64,000 nucleotides of DNA from Liolophura sinensis. Its lineage: Eukaryota. Position 1 is the stretch's first letter, and every line of letters starts with the position of its first letter. The stretch covers positions 22,425,513 through 22,489,512 of the forward strand of contig NC_088304.1 of the NCBI RefSeq assembly GCF_032854445.1. Reading direction: 5' to 3'. Below the pieces are notes generated by a model. The model was given only the letters and a program-made list of their open reading frames with translations, did no database searches and was not told the origin of the DNA. Of this stretch, positions 1 through 12,019 are shown piece by piece. The translations under genes and the position numbers were made by a program.

Positions 1-106
1 GATATACAATGCAATAAAGAAATGCTTAGTGCCATATTAGAGGAGCCAAGCTAGGAACAGATTCGGTACTGTACAGCCACAGCCCTGTTATGAAGAGAAA
101 GCTTAC

Positions 107-247
107 TTCCAGCTTGTAGGTTTCCTTGACAGACTCCATCTTGGCCATGGGGAAGAGTTTGACATACTGCTCCGACCCAACGTCCATGTCCCGTAGCTCC
201 TCCAGAACGTGGCGCAGCTCCGTCCACTGGTTCTCAGACTGTGTCAG
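107..247 (-). CDS. Tandem-SAM protein exon 13 (LTQSENQWTELRHVLEELRDMDVGSEQYVKLFPMAKMESVKETYKLE). The gene continues beyond the window.
   Basis: Acceptor ttgttgttgtag| and donor GAA|gtaagc. It is 141 nt and phase 0/0. Confidence 0.55.
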
Positions 248-333
248 CTACAACAACAACGACATGTCTGACGTGAAACAAACGTGAAAAAGTCCCCGCT
301 GTGTATACATTACATGTAGATGTCTGAGAATAC

Positions 334-382
334 TTGCATGTGATACAGTTCAGCCAACTGACTCTCAGTCAGACTCTGGCCA
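334..382 (-). CDS. Tandem-SAM protein exon 12, 49 nt (-SGQSLTESQLAELYHMQ). It is paralogous to the start of exon 13.
   Basis: Acceptor ttgttgttgcag|. The donor CAA|gtattc is weak. This exon is needed to bring phase 2 to phase 0 between exons 11 and 13. Confidence 0.4.
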
Positions 383-1239
383 CTGCAACAACAACATGTT
401 TAACAAACTCCTATACAAAGTAGGTATGTGAATAGGCTGTTAAAAAATAGTTTGAATTTCAACCAAAATGTTTGACACATGTCTGACCCGGCATGAACCT
501 CCATTAGACAAATGCACTTCTGGATACTTCTGTGTAAAACTTCTTAAATGGTGAGAAACTAGTCTGAAATCTGTGACATACAAGATTTACATACAGGTAA
601 AATGACATTTAACAAACAATAGAACAGATGTCAGGTTCCTTTAATATTTCAGCAAAACATAGCATACACAGAATTTAAAAAAAAAAAACAAACAAATATT
701 AATTTGATTAGTTTTTTAATACATAAGGTTTCACTTATATGATGGTGGTCAGATTTACCAGTGGTATAAACATTGAATACAAGACAAACTCTATCATTAA
801 ATGATAAATGATAAATGACACAGCCACCAGTACATGTCTCCTGTTACACTGTCCACGGAAATGGAAATGCCAAAGACTGAACTTATGCCTTCATACATAC
901 CTTGTTTTTTAATTTCACAATATCATCCGCATTCGCTCCAAGTGACTTACTGTGAAAACACAAATAATCCACAATTACAAAACATCAGAGGAAATTCCAG
1001 AACAATTTCCATATACTAATTTCAGTAAACATGTCAGAAAAATAGATTTACTAGAAGGACAGTAGTCTATGTATGCATGGACCTAAAATAAAAAAAAAAT
1101 ATATTAAACGTCTCATGAAACATACATGTAACTCTAAAATCAAGAATATGGTTATTTGGGAAATAAAGAAAATAGAAAAAATTTAACATTGAAACTTCAC
1201 ATTGTCCAAAATTAAGTATGTTTTCTCCATAATTTCTTT

Positions 1240-1390
1240 CACTTAATTGACTGGTGTTTATACTCACCATACTCAAGAATATTTCACTTGTGCAACGGCG
1301 GCCAGAATTTTGGTGGGAGGAAACCGGACAAAGCCCAGAGGAAAGCCATGACCATCTACAGGTTACTGACAGACCTTCCCACACATGAAG
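1240..1390 (-). mobile_element. tRNA-derived SINE, main family: 3' fragment.
   Basis: It matches the SINE 3' core (...ACCATAATGCTGG...GTATAAGTGAAATATTCTTGAGTACGGCGTAAAACACCAATCAAATAAATAAA) in reverse complement. Confidence 0.7.
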
Positions 1391-1492
1391 AATGAATGAT
1401 TATTGCGTAACACCACCTTACCCACACATGAAGAAGTTTTTTCCATATAACCCTTCCAGAAATTCCTTATGACCTTTAGGAAAACAACGTAC

Positions 1493-1621
1493 CTTGTCCC
1501 AGGTTTCTCTGGCTCCTCCCTCATGATCACCATGTCAACCACTGGTTTACATTTCACAGCCAATAGAAAGTCTTCTTCTGTTTCTATGGTACCCATCAAT
1601 GTACCACACGCCTCCAAAATC
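1493..1621 (-). CDS. Tandem-SAM protein exon 11 (WILEACGTLMGTIETEEDFLLAVKCKPVVDMVIMREEPEKPGT-).
   Basis: Part of ORF 1363..1617(-). Acceptor ctttcag| and donor AG|gtacgt. Confidence 0.6.
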
Positions 1622-2382
1622 CTGAAAGTATAGACACATGTGACTTACTGTACACATGTACACACTTCATGACAGAATACATGTACATCAGGGGCTTTTT
1701 TGTCCAATTCTCCTGTAAGTACCTAGCCTGTCTGGTAAACTACCCAAATTCCTTTAACTTTTAGGGCACCTGGTATGCTTTTTCAGCCAATGTACATGTA
1801 ATTGTACCAGGAATATTTAGTTTTTTTTCTTTTTACACAGTCAGTCCGTCTAATGAACAACACATTCACGTCTTTACCTTTCTCACAAAGTGAGAGATAA
1901 CTTTAACTCCTTGTTTTCAGCCCTACTAATAACTGTCTTAGAAATTAGAAGCATTGGGTTACATGTACTTGTCACTTTTTCTTTGGACATATCTTTCTTA
2001 CATGTACATTATATGTGTACCTAAGGCCAAGTACAAAGCAGCAATGCCAGGATTTGAACCAGTGAGCTGATAAAGGGGACTAAAACCATTTGATACTTAG
2101 AGCATTAGGTCTATTACATCTTTCAGACCATATTTACAAAATAACTTTTTACATTCTTTCATCTCAAGTTTACACAACTTTCTCCATCTTTTTATTAGAC
2201 AATATTTACAAATAACTTTTCACATTCTTTCATCTAAAATTTACGTATTTTCCTCTGCCACTGGTTTGCGTACAGTTTGACCTAATGTTCAACACTCTTG
2301 ATCATTATATGTCTGTTTTGTCTTAGTGAGACAAACTCAACTTTATTCCAATAAGAATACATTAAATTCCCTTTAAACTCAC

Positions 2383-2555
2383 CAATCCCCTTTCCGTAGT
2401 GGTATTGCATTCTTATCCGTCTGAACCACCTTCACCTTTCCTCTCTCTGTGACCTTGACCTTAAAGCCCAACTGCTCATTTAATATGGCTACTTTGACAC
2501 ACAACACTGTAACTGGTTTGCTGGTATCCAGCATAGTGAACAAACTGGACGTTGA
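2383..2555 (-). CDS. Tandem-SAM protein exon 10 (STSSLFTMLDTSKPVTVLCVKVAILNEQLGFKVKVTERGKVKVVQTDKNAIPLRKGD-).
   Basis: Acceptor gttacag| and donor TG|gtgagt. The frame is clean and protein-like. Confidence 0.6.
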
Positions 2556-2940
2556 CTGTAACAGAAAACATATCTTTAACTAGAAGAGGCACACATATGA
2601 AATGAAACTTTCCTGAAAGTTGAATTTTTCAAATTTGCTTCAGATTTTTAAGATGAAAAGAATAAACCATATGGCTTTCACAGTAAATCTAACAGGTTGG
2701 TCAACACCTTAATACTGACTTTAAATCACCTAAAAAATCAACCACAGAAGAGCATTTTTGGAGGGAACTAAGGGTCATGAGATATTGCCTCTATCAGCCT
2801 ACCTTCCAAACACCTCTCTCAAATTACCTTACTAAAATCAATAGAACACCCCGAATCTGTAAAAATAAACAACTTAGTCATGGAGGAATTTTTTGGTGAT
2901 TTAGGGCTATAAAAAAAACCAAAACATTAATACAACTCAC

Positions 2941-2989
2941 AAAAGGCTGCGTCCATTTGGCACTGGTTTCCCTCGAAACAGGAGCTGAT
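2941..2989 (-). CDS. Tandem-SAM protein exon 9, 49 nt (KSAPVSRETSAKWTQPF).
   Basis: Acceptor tttttgcag| and donor TTTT|gtgagt. It restores phase 2 to phase 0, as the flanking exons need. Confidence 0.5.
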
Positions 2990-3389
2990 CTGCAAAAACA
3001 GATGCACTATGCTTTCAAAAACAATCTGGTTCAAATTTTTCACCAAAGTTCATTTTAAACTTCTTCCCAAAAAAAGCCCAGTTTAAGTCTATGATTATGA
3101 CATGAACAGAGCAAATGGGATTCCAGAAAACGAAAAAATGTATAAACGTCAAATACACCTTTTCCAGCCGCTTTATGCAGACATCGTATTAATAAAAACA
3201 ATACAGAGTCACCATGGAAACTGATACATTATAACATTGTAGACGCTGTGCTATGTTCAATAAATTTATCATGTAACCATGGCTTGATGTCAGACTTCAC
3301 CCTACTGCAACCTCACGGGATTAAACAATATTCTGCCTCTCCATTCTTCTTCCCATTTCCCAAGCATGCACTTCTTCCTCTTAATGTTT

Positions 3390-4795
3390 TTGTGTTATTA
3401 ATCATCGATTTCCTGTTGTTTCATGTTTGCTTTTGTGTTATTAATCACCGATTTCCAGTCGTTTCACATTTGCTTTTGTGTTATTAATCACCGATTTCCT
3501 GTCATTTCATGTTTGATTTTGTGTTATTAATCACCGATTTCCAGTCGTTTCACGTTTGATTTTGTGTTATTAATCATCGATTTCCTGTTGCTTCACGATT
3601 GCTTTTGTGTTATTAATCACCGATTTCCAGTCATTTCACGTTTGCTTTTGTGTTATTAATCACCGATTTCCAGTCGTTTCACGTTTGCTTTTGTGTTATT
3701 AATCACCGATTTCCTGTTGTTTCATGTTTGCTTTTGTGTTACTAATCACCGATTTCCTGTCATTTCACGTTGGCTTTTGTGTTATTAATCACTGATTTCC
3801 AGTCGTTTCACGTTTGCTTTTGTGTTATTAATCACCGATTTCCTGTCATTTCATGTTTGATTTTGTGTTATTAATCACCGATTTCCTGTTGTTTCATGTT
3901 TGCTTTTGTGTTATTAATCACCGATTTCCAGTCGTTTCACGTTTGCTTTTGTGTTATTAATCACCGATTTCCAGTCGTTTCACGTTTGCGTTTGTGTTAT
4001 TAATCATCAATTTCCTGTTGTTTCACGTTTGATTTTGTGTTATTAATCACCGATTTCCAGTCATTTCACGTTTGCTTTTGTGTTATTAATCACCGATTTC
4101 CAGTCGTTTCACGTTTGCTTTTGTGTTATTAATCACCGATTTCCAGTCGTTTCACGTTTGCTTTTGTGTTATTAATCACCGATTTCCTGTCATTTCATGT
4201 TTGCTTTTGTGTTATTAATCACCGATTTCCAGTCATTTCACGTTTGCTTTTGTGTTATTAATCACCGATTTCCAGTCGTTTCACGTTTGCTTTTGTGTTA
4301 TTAATCACCGATTTCCAGTCGTTTCACGTTTGCTTTTGTGTTATTAATCACCGATTTCCTGTCATTTCATGTTTGATTTTGTGTTATTAATCACCGATTT
4401 CCAGTCGTTTCACGTTTGCTTTTGTGTTATTAATCACCGATTTCCTGTCATTTCATGTTTGATTTTGTGTTATTAATCACCGATTTCCAGTCGTTTCACG
4501 TTTGCTTTTGTGTTATTAATCACTGATTTCCAGTCGTTTCACGTTTGCTTTTGTGTTATTAATCACCGATTTCCTGTTGTTTCATGTTTGCTTTTGTGTT
4601 ATTAATCACCGATTTCCAGTCGTTTCACGTTTGCTTTTGTGTTATTAATCACCGATTTCCTGTTGTTCCACGTTTGCTTTTGTGTTATTAATCACCGATT
4701 TCCAGTCGTTTCACGTTTGATTTTGTGTTATTAATCACCGCTTTCCAGTCGTGTCACGTTTGCTTTTGTGTTATTCATCTCTGATTTCCAATCTT
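3390..4795. repeat. 43-bp minisatellite of about 33 units (TTTTGTGTTATTAATCACCGATTTCCAGTCGTTTCACGTTTGC, with CCTGTCATTTCATG and CCTGTTGTTTCATG variants), in an intron of the tandem-SAM gene.
   Basis: direct head-to-tail repetition seen in the sequence. Confidence 0.9.
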
Positions 4796-4848
4796 TTCTC
4801 CCATTGCTGACAAAACTTACTGTTAGAGACACAGGTCTACAGACTTAC

Positions 4849-5284
4849 TTGGGTCTGGGTGGAGGGGTGTCCTGCACACAGTGGTTTTTGCGGTAGATGT
4901 TGGTTCTCCGTGGGGAAGACCGCTGTATGGCATGTTTTGGCTGCTCTGTCAGACTGGGTGAGGACTCCTCAGGCTGAGATGATGCCAGCGTGTCTGTGGA
5001 TCCATCCATCTGACCGGCCGACCCCAGATTCCCCACGAACAGCGTGCTGGTTGAACCTGTAAACGAACTATTCAGCGTTCCTGTGGACCCACTCATCAAA
5101 CTCCCACTAAAACTCTGCTCCAGTGCAGCCACCTGGAGGGCTGCGATGTATTTCTGACGGTCAGCATCGGTCTGTATTTTCTCCAGGTCATTCTCCTGGC
5201 TGCTGATTGGCTCAGGGTTCTGGAGTCTATAAATAGTGGAGAGAAGAGCTTCCCGGGCCTCTGTGTCAAACCCCTCCAGATGAT
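4849..5284 (-). CDS. Tandem-SAM protein exon 8 (SAM2 C-terminal segment plus a Ser/Thr/Pro-rich linker ...TPPPRPK).
   Basis: Part of ORF 4845..5300(-). Acceptor ttgtattcag| and donor CCAA|gtaagt (phase 2). Confidence 0.7.
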
Positions 5285-5593
5285 CTGAATACAATAACAT
5301 CCCGAATGTTAAAGTCTTCAGTCTTTACACAGTATGATATATAATCTGTGAAACATCTTAGTCATAAAAACAGATAAAAACTCACAAGGCTGTTCTACTT
5401 CACTTCCTCCATGCCATCAGTGAGTTCCTGAATATAAACCTGAACCCATTATATTTGTCAAGCAACTTAACACTGAAGTCATTTATTGTAAGAGCTTATT
5501 AAGAAAGCCAAACTCAGAAGAGGAAAGAACTCAGATTGTAGCTCGTACATCGATGTGTAGTAAAGAATCAGGATACAAAGTTTAAGTATCATA

Positions 5594-5866
5594 GGGGCCT
5601 CTGTGGCTCAGTTAGTTAGCGTGCTAGCGTAGCGTAATGACCCAGGAGTCTCTCACCAATGCGGTCGCTGTGAGTTCAAGTCCAGCTCATGCTGGCTTCC
5701 TCTCCAGCCGTATGTGGGAAGGTCTGACAATAACCTGCAGATGGTCTTTGGTTTTCCCCGGGCTGTGCCCGGTTTCCACCCACCATAATGCTAGCCGCTG
5801 TCGTATAAGTGAAATATTCTCGAGTATGGTGTAAAACACCAATCAAATAAATAAATTAAGTATCAT
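5594..5866 (+). mobile_element. SINE, main family: full-length copy.
   Basis: It has a tRNA-like head GGGGCCTCTGTGGCTCAGTTAGTTAGCG..., a conserved core, and a CAAATAAATAAA tail. Confidence 0.85.
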
Positions 5867-6709
5867 AGAGTGAAACATTTTAATCGTAGCTGTGTTTGAA
5901 CTATTGACTTAAGTCATAAGACTTTTATAAATATGGGCCCAGGTCCTAAGATCACGAGGCAGTCTTCAACTGAAAAATCTAACATTGTCTTAGTTTCAAA
6001 ACAAATTTATTGTGCTAAATTCTGACTTATGTCAAAAGATAGTATTCTTAAGATTTTCATGACAAAATGGAATCTTAGTATTTAATTTCAAATACATGTT
6101 CAGGAAAAATACCACACATTATGACTGTTGAAGTTTGACTTAATTGGACATAAAAATCGTTTCTGATTGTCTGGAGACAGGCAAGTCTTAACCGTGCCTA
6201 GCCTAAGTTGAATTTTAGGTATGGTAGATTTATTCAAATGTGACCAAAACTGCACAGATTAACCCTGGCGACACATCTCCACTGTCAGCCGATCAGTTTT
6301 GATTCTGTAACCCTTTATGTCTAAAACAGATTTGTGATCTTGGGGCCAGGGTAATTTAACATGGAAGATTGTCTTTCTGAAGTTTTCTCTGATGACAGTA
6401 TTTGACTGATTAACAAATGATACATCATACGAAAAATCATTCGCACATATATTTCCATTTAGCAATATGCTTGGATGAATAGTTTTGGATGACTTGTTGA
6501 GACTTTCAAGCCTAGACAACAGAGAAGTGCTTGATCTGATATTTAGAATTCAGCATTTTGTGTACCTATCAGTCTTGACAACATGATGGTGCTGATGTAC
6601 TTTGCATACAAGTATTTTAACGAATTGCTATGACAGAGACGTGTGATATGTGAGTGTGAATTCAGTGATACACCAGACTCGCATTACATGTGTTACCATG
6701 GAAACTTAC

Positions 6710-6760
6710 CTAAAAAGTTCAGATTATCATCGTTTAAGTCCTTCCCAGCAATTCCATTTT
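6710..6760 (-). CDS. Tandem-SAM protein exon 7 (SAM2 middle segment ENGIAGKDLNDDNLNFLG).
   Basis: Acceptor tttctttcag| and donor TTAG|gtaagt. It is 51 nt, the same length and phase as exon 2. Confidence 0.65.
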
Positions 6761-7134
6761 CTGAAAGAAAACAAAAAAAAAAAACCTTTCAAACAAAAGT
6801 ACAATGTGAATAAAAGAAACAGTTAACATAACAAAACAGAACTGATTTTTTTCCTAAATGTGTACATCAACCAAACTAAATAGATATCCGACGAGAATTT
6901 AAAAAAAAAAGTTATTTAAGACAGACCCATGATAGAGAAAAGTAACGACATAAGAATTTATAAAGTTCCTGGAAGAAAGTGGAGTCAGTTGTGTCTGACA
7001 GGTGATCAGTAAATTAATGTCAACAAATATAACCTAACATCTCTTACAAGTCACGTGATACAGATAGACTTTTTTACCTTTTATAGCAACCAAAGAGTTT
7101 GATGTTAAAACTTCCCTATTCTTCATATAGATCA

Positions 7135-7258
7135 GGTTTATTTGATTGGTGTTTTATGCCGTACACAAAAATATTTCACTTATACGACTGCAGCCAGCAT
7201 TATGGTGGGAGGAAACTCAGTAGAGCTCATGGGAAACTTGTGACAATCTGCAAGTCAT
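7135..7258 (-). mobile_element. SINE 3' fragment
   Basis: reverse-complement match to the SINE 3' core and tail. Confidence 0.7.
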
Positions 7259-7635
7259 GTTAATGGGTGAAAAGACACGGGGGGTGAAAAACATCATTTC
7301 ATTCACCTGTCGCTTTGTACCCAACAATCTCTTAACCGAAAGTATACATGTAACCATTGGTTTTTATTTCTTAATAGCAAATTTAGGACATATCCTAACA
7401 TGTAAAAGTGTAAGAAAGATTCTCAGCTTGTTAATGCGCATATGACCCAAATATGAAGAAAAATTTTCTGATTTTTCTGACACATCTTTCTTCGTTTTCC
7501 TTAAAAAACATGCACTTCAGTTTATAGTACCGTTTCATGCATGCTTTACAGATACCATCAACTCAAGATGGGTTAGCCTAGATAACACCTTTATGAATAT
7601 GAACATTCATGTAAAAACAACAAATGCTGCCTTAC

Positions 7636-7717
7636 CTTGGAAGACTTTAATAAAATGCCCCAGGTTGTTGTTGTCTAGCCACCTCACAACGTCTTCAGTG
7701 GACCAATCAGAAAGCGG
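7636..7717 (-). CDS. Tandem-SAM protein exon 6 (SAM2 first segment PLSDWSTEDVVRWLDNNNLGHFIKVFQ).
   Basis: Part of ORF 7607..7840(-). Acceptor aaatccag| and donor CAAG|gtaagg. It carries the SAM signature WSTEDVVRWL. Confidence 0.7.
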
Positions 7718-8429
7718 CTGGATTTGTAATAAAAAGAAAAAAAAACTTATTATAAAATACTTATTAAAGCTCCACAATGTTGTCCAGGAAACACAGACTG
7801 AAATTAACTTGCTAATAATCTTCATATAATGAGGAGTCATTCAGTGTGTGGGTAAAGATGGTGTCTTCTTGTGGCAGGGTGAGTCTATGCTGCCAAAGTG
7901 CTGCTGCCACTGACACGACTGAAGTATTATGCTGAAGACACCAGACATGACACTCCATCAAGTCACCTTATACTCATACTAGGCCAACCAGATATGTTTT
8001 CTTCCTCTAACCTCTCAGTGCTGAGAGCCAAGCGAGGAAGCAACAGGTTTTTGGTATGACCCGACCTGGGTTTGATCCCAGGTTTTCCGACTTGAATATT
8101 ATTATGAGTATTATGTAAACATGACACTGTGATGACACGATTGTAATATTGTTAAAGCGCTACTTCAGTCCTAAGAGACGCTAGGCAGAAATATCAAATG
8201 ATATGAAGGATACCCTAGGGAAGAGTGCTCACATTACACTATATTACCCTTTTATAAGTTAACAAAAACAAACTCTGTGGCAGTTTCCGTAAAATTTTCC
8301 TGATGTGGCGTGATAATATTCCTTGTGTGACAATGTGCCAGGCAGATGTGACGTCGAGTAAGGCAGTTATGCTGGAATGATGCATGTTTGAAAGTATGAC
8401 ATCATTTGTGGCTATATGTCAGCAATGGG

Positions 8430-8640
8430 AGACGCCATTGTTCTTGCATGACACCACACCAGGCAAAACTGGGAACGACAGAAAATTTTTGTTTCCACAC
8501 TATCCTCGGAAACTAAAAACAGCGGTTTTAATCCATTACGACTTTTTTCACCATTTAGGAAAGCAATCGCGATCCTTATCATTTAACCGTGCTTTTAAAC
8601 ATACAGATCTTTACGCTGTAGCAACTCTTTAAGGTAATCA
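8430..8640 (+). repeat. Interspersed repeat 'family C', copy 1
   Basis: It shares about 200 bp with 30545-30725 (...CAGGAAAAATGGGAAACTAGACAAAAT...ATTTAGGAAAGCAAT...TTAAAACATACAG). Confidence 0.5.
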
Positions 8641-8712
8641 ATCTAAATTCACACTGAACACAAACACATTCCCAATCTCCGCAGACTTCATTCAAATTCG
8701 TTCAATACTCAC

Positions 8713-8741
8713 CTTGTTTGTGTCAGTCCCGTACGAAGGAT
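8713..8741 (-). CDS. Tandem-SAM protein exon 5, a 29-nt microexon (DPSYGTDTNK).
   Basis: Acceptor ttttcccag| and donor CAAG|gtgagt. It converts phase 1 to phase 0, as the flanking exons require. Confidence 0.45.
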
Positions 8742-9672
8742 CTGGGAAAAGCAAAACCAAGAAAATGACACTGTTGCTTGACGCACATGTAAACAATAAC
8801 ACTGGATATCCATACTGCGTGCCACGTGTTTGACAGACTTATTGAGTCATTGATACTAAACGTCACAATCTAAACTGTTTCACTTATGTAACACCGGACA
8901 GTTTTATGGGTTCACAAAAATGCGTAGGACATTTTTTTATTGTACATTTGTACGCCACTATTACTGTAATATTGTCCTAGATGTATGGTTATGGCACATG
9001 TACGGCATCTTTGTGAAACACGCAGTTTTCGAGTTACACCATTACGACAACAGAATGACGTCCCGCTGCGAAATGAGGTCGCCACTTTACACAGTAGGCA
9101 CAGTAGGCACAGTAGGGCTACTTGCCTATCTTTAAACATGGCGGTGATCACGTTTAGATCAAAGTACCGGCATAACATCATTTTTTGTGCAATATTGAAA
9201 ACGCAAATCCACCCAAAAACACAATTCAGAATATCAGTGTAATTCTTTTAATTAGTTCTCTATATTTTATAATGTGCTCCATGTTAAAATTACCAGACTG
9301 GCCCTACCGTGCCGTAAAGCGACGACGTCATATCACAAAGGGACGTCACTCTGTTGTCGTAACATCATATCTGGGAACATGCGTATTGGGCTTTGGAGTG
9401 TCCGGAGTAAAGCACTTACCTTTGTCACGAGGATTTTTCGCGTGTTTAACTACAGACCTGAATGCTATATTGGCAGAAGACACTGACAAGTGGTGATCAA
9501 GGGACATAACACTATGAATACAGTCCTACCCATGTTACTGACCTCTTTAATATTGACAAAAAGTCTCTATGAATAGTGACAGCAAGAGAATCTACGAATA
9601 TGGAAAGTACATGTCTAAAGAATTACTTTGTTATAATAACAAGTTATTTCCACACTAATTCATTTCTCTTAC

Positions 9673-9853
9673 CAGACTGATCTATTATCTCCCTTGACAG
9701 GAGTTCTTTAGTCTCCAACTGCTCCTGTTGTATTTCATGCAAAGATGAACTAATCTTTTTCTCCTGCTCCTCGTTCAGTTTCTGAAGATTTTCCAGATTG
9801 GCGTGAAGCTGCTCAGTGGACCTCTCCAGGTTTCGTCTCTTCATCGAAACTTG
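9673..9853 (-). CDS. Tandem-SAM protein exon 4 (coiled-coil QVSMKRRNLERSTEQLHANLENLQKLNEEQEKK...).
   Basis: Part of ORF 9644..9928(-). Acceptor tattttcag| and donor CTG|gtaaga. It has a heptad-like charged pattern, and it starts in phase 0, matching exon 3 which ends in phase 0. Confidence 0.6.
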
Positions 9854-10320
9854 CTGAAAATAGCAATGTTTTGCACGTTTACAAAATACTATTAAAGTCC
9901 GTGTCTGTAGTGAATGGAATACTACCAAAAAAACAAACCAGTGGTTCTAACCAAACTACTTGCAATGATCACAAATTGACAAATTCAAACAGTATACCAC
10001 ACTCAACCTTTTTCTCCCTCTTAACACTGAAGAATACCACAATAACGTATCACTTGTACAACTGCTACAATATCACACCAACCTCCAGCATATAATATTT
10101 TTGGATGTCACATGAATGTGCATTGCACATGTACAATATTTTGTGCCTTTATGAATGAATGGCTTAAATTGACAATACTATTTAAATTAACTTAAAACTA
10201 ATTTGCATGTTGCATGCATGTCACATGCACACAAGTACAATATTGAGTACCTTCATGAATGAATGGATTGCTTAAATTTACCTGTTTAAATTAATTTGCC
10301 ACAATACACTTTTGATGTAG

Positions 10321-10323
10321 CTT

Positions 10324-10356
<33 letters not shown>
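10321..10356. repeat. poly(A) homopolymer of about 36 nt
   Basis: seen directly. Confidence 0.95.
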
Positions 10357-10357
<1 letters not shown>

Positions 10358-10947
10358 AACATTGGTTACTGCCCAATAGTTGATCTTCCTAATGGCGGTG
10401 AATGCCAACAAACTCATTATACAAGGTCTGTTAAAGAAGGTACGTGTTAAATTGTGGAATGAGCTGTAAGTAATTGTTCCTAAGTGTGATGAAAATTTGG
10501 ACACAATCCTGAAAAGACTGAAAAAAAAATTGGCCAGATTGTACATGTATTTTATGTGTCCTTACCATATTTGTACTGTGGAGATACAACTATACCATGT
10601 CAGGACCAAAACATGTATTGTGTTACATTGATAGTTATGTGGAATGGTTATGACGGCTACAAAGGCAGTCCCGTCTTAGTTCTGAGATCAGTCTATCCGA
10701 GAGCTTACAAGTTTTCATGGTAAATATTCTTTTCAAAACGGAGTGCATGTGTTCAGTACTCTCATTAGAAATACTATTCACAAAACAAACAAACAAAGCA
10801 ATACTTATAAAATATTTTAATACTGTCTCTCAAACATCTACTTATACCTTAGATACACGCCCACATATCGTCCACTGCTTGTAGTTTGTTATCTTATTAA
10901 GGCAAAACTTAGTCTTTTTTCCCAGTGATTTTAATTTTCTACTCACA

Positions 10948-11088
10948 TTTATTTATTTGATTGGTGTTTTACACCGTACTCAAGAATATTTCACTTATAC
11001 GATGGCGACCAACATTATGGTGGGAGGAAACCGGGCAGAGCCCCGAGGAAAACCCACGACCATTCGCAGGTTGTCTACTCGCATACAT
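10948..11088 (-). mobile_element. SINE 3' fragment
   Basis: reverse-complement match to the SINE 3' core and tail. Confidence 0.7.
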
Positions 11089-11430
11089 CAGGCATGTGTA
11101 ACACTGGAAAAATACATGATGGTAACCAAACCTTGGGATTGTCAAAAATAAAGTGATGCCACACTGTAATTCTTCGATCGTTTCACATGTTTGCAAGGTG
11201 TTATTCAAGCATATTCTGAAGGCATTATTCTGTGCGGACTGATAAAATTATATTTGTTGTGAAGCCCTTAATTGGCCAATCCAGCCCATGTAGTTTGTCT
11301 CTAACATGTCCAAATTATAAATGTGCATAAACTGCACTGAAAGTTAATCTTTCATATTAAAGAAGGTTGAGGAGTTATATTAATCAATATACAAGCTGAA
11401 GTCATGTGACCTCACAGGAGCAACACATAC

Positions 11431-11534
11431 TTGTACTTTGATGGACCAAAGAGATGACATTTCGCGATTTGTGACGTTTTTCACTTCTGCCAGAAACTTC
11501 CTTCTGTCCACAATGCTACGCAAACCCAGTTCAA
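11431..11534 (-). CDS. Tandem-SAM protein exon 3 (SAM1 C-terminal segment VELGLRSIVDRRKFLAEVKNVT...).
   Basis: Acceptor ttttcag| and donor CAA|gtatgt. It aligns with the SAM2 third exon (DHLEGFDTEAREALLSTIYRLQ) and the phases fit. Confidence 0.55.
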
Positions 11535-12019
11535 CTGAAAACCAAATATGACCGATATTTTATGAAACATGTAGATGACAAAGTACAGTGCATGAAATAT
11601 GATAATAAGTGAAATTTATATTTTATAACGGTAAACACCTGAATTTTATGAAGTACTGTTGAACAGATGTGTCTTTTTGGCTTACACCAGAGTTACCACT
11701 TTCACATGTACAAAGGTTTCCTCCTGAATTCGATCAAAATGTTGTCGCCTGTGTAGAAACTCAAAGTTTCCATACTCATCTCTAATATTTCAACATAAAC
11801 AATTGCAACTTTTTGACACAACAGGAAACAACAGTTAATTTTGACTCAATTCGTACATGAAAGACAACAGCTGCTTAAGATTAAGAGATTAAAGGTCTAC
11901 ATACCAGCCAATCTTAGCCATATAAGACCCAAATCTTGATCAATCAGTTAAGAATGTAGAAATATTACACATTATAAGACTGCTACATGTGCAATTGAAT
12001 GGCTGTTTTTGAAACATGA

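Noticed and set aside
3390-4795. A regular array of 43-bp repeats, which might be mistaken for a CRISPR locus. The same applies to the 47-bp and 78-bp arrays at 62845-64000 and 56630-57950.
   Set aside because: The units are strictly head-to-tail with no unique spacers. The context is eukaryotic, with spliced genes and SINEs. These are minisatellites or satellites.
4859-5062. Plus-strand ORF of 67 aa
   Set aside because: It is antisense to exon 8 of the tandem-SAM gene.
5637-5834. ORFs of 60-90 aa inside SINE copies. Examples include 1067..1384, 5637..5834, 21891..22151, 31443..31674, 48466..48738, 49150..49365, 50741..51076 and 62371..62568.
   Set aside because: Each coincides with a copy of the dispersed tRNA-derived SINE. 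The recurring peptide (…VSSSPAHAGFLSGR.WEGL…) is a repeat artefact.
9185-9496. 103-aa plus-strand ORF and neighbouring ORFs between 8900 and 9500
   Set aside because: There is no homology signal, no splice context, and the composition is intronic. The region lies in an intron of the tandem-SAM gene.
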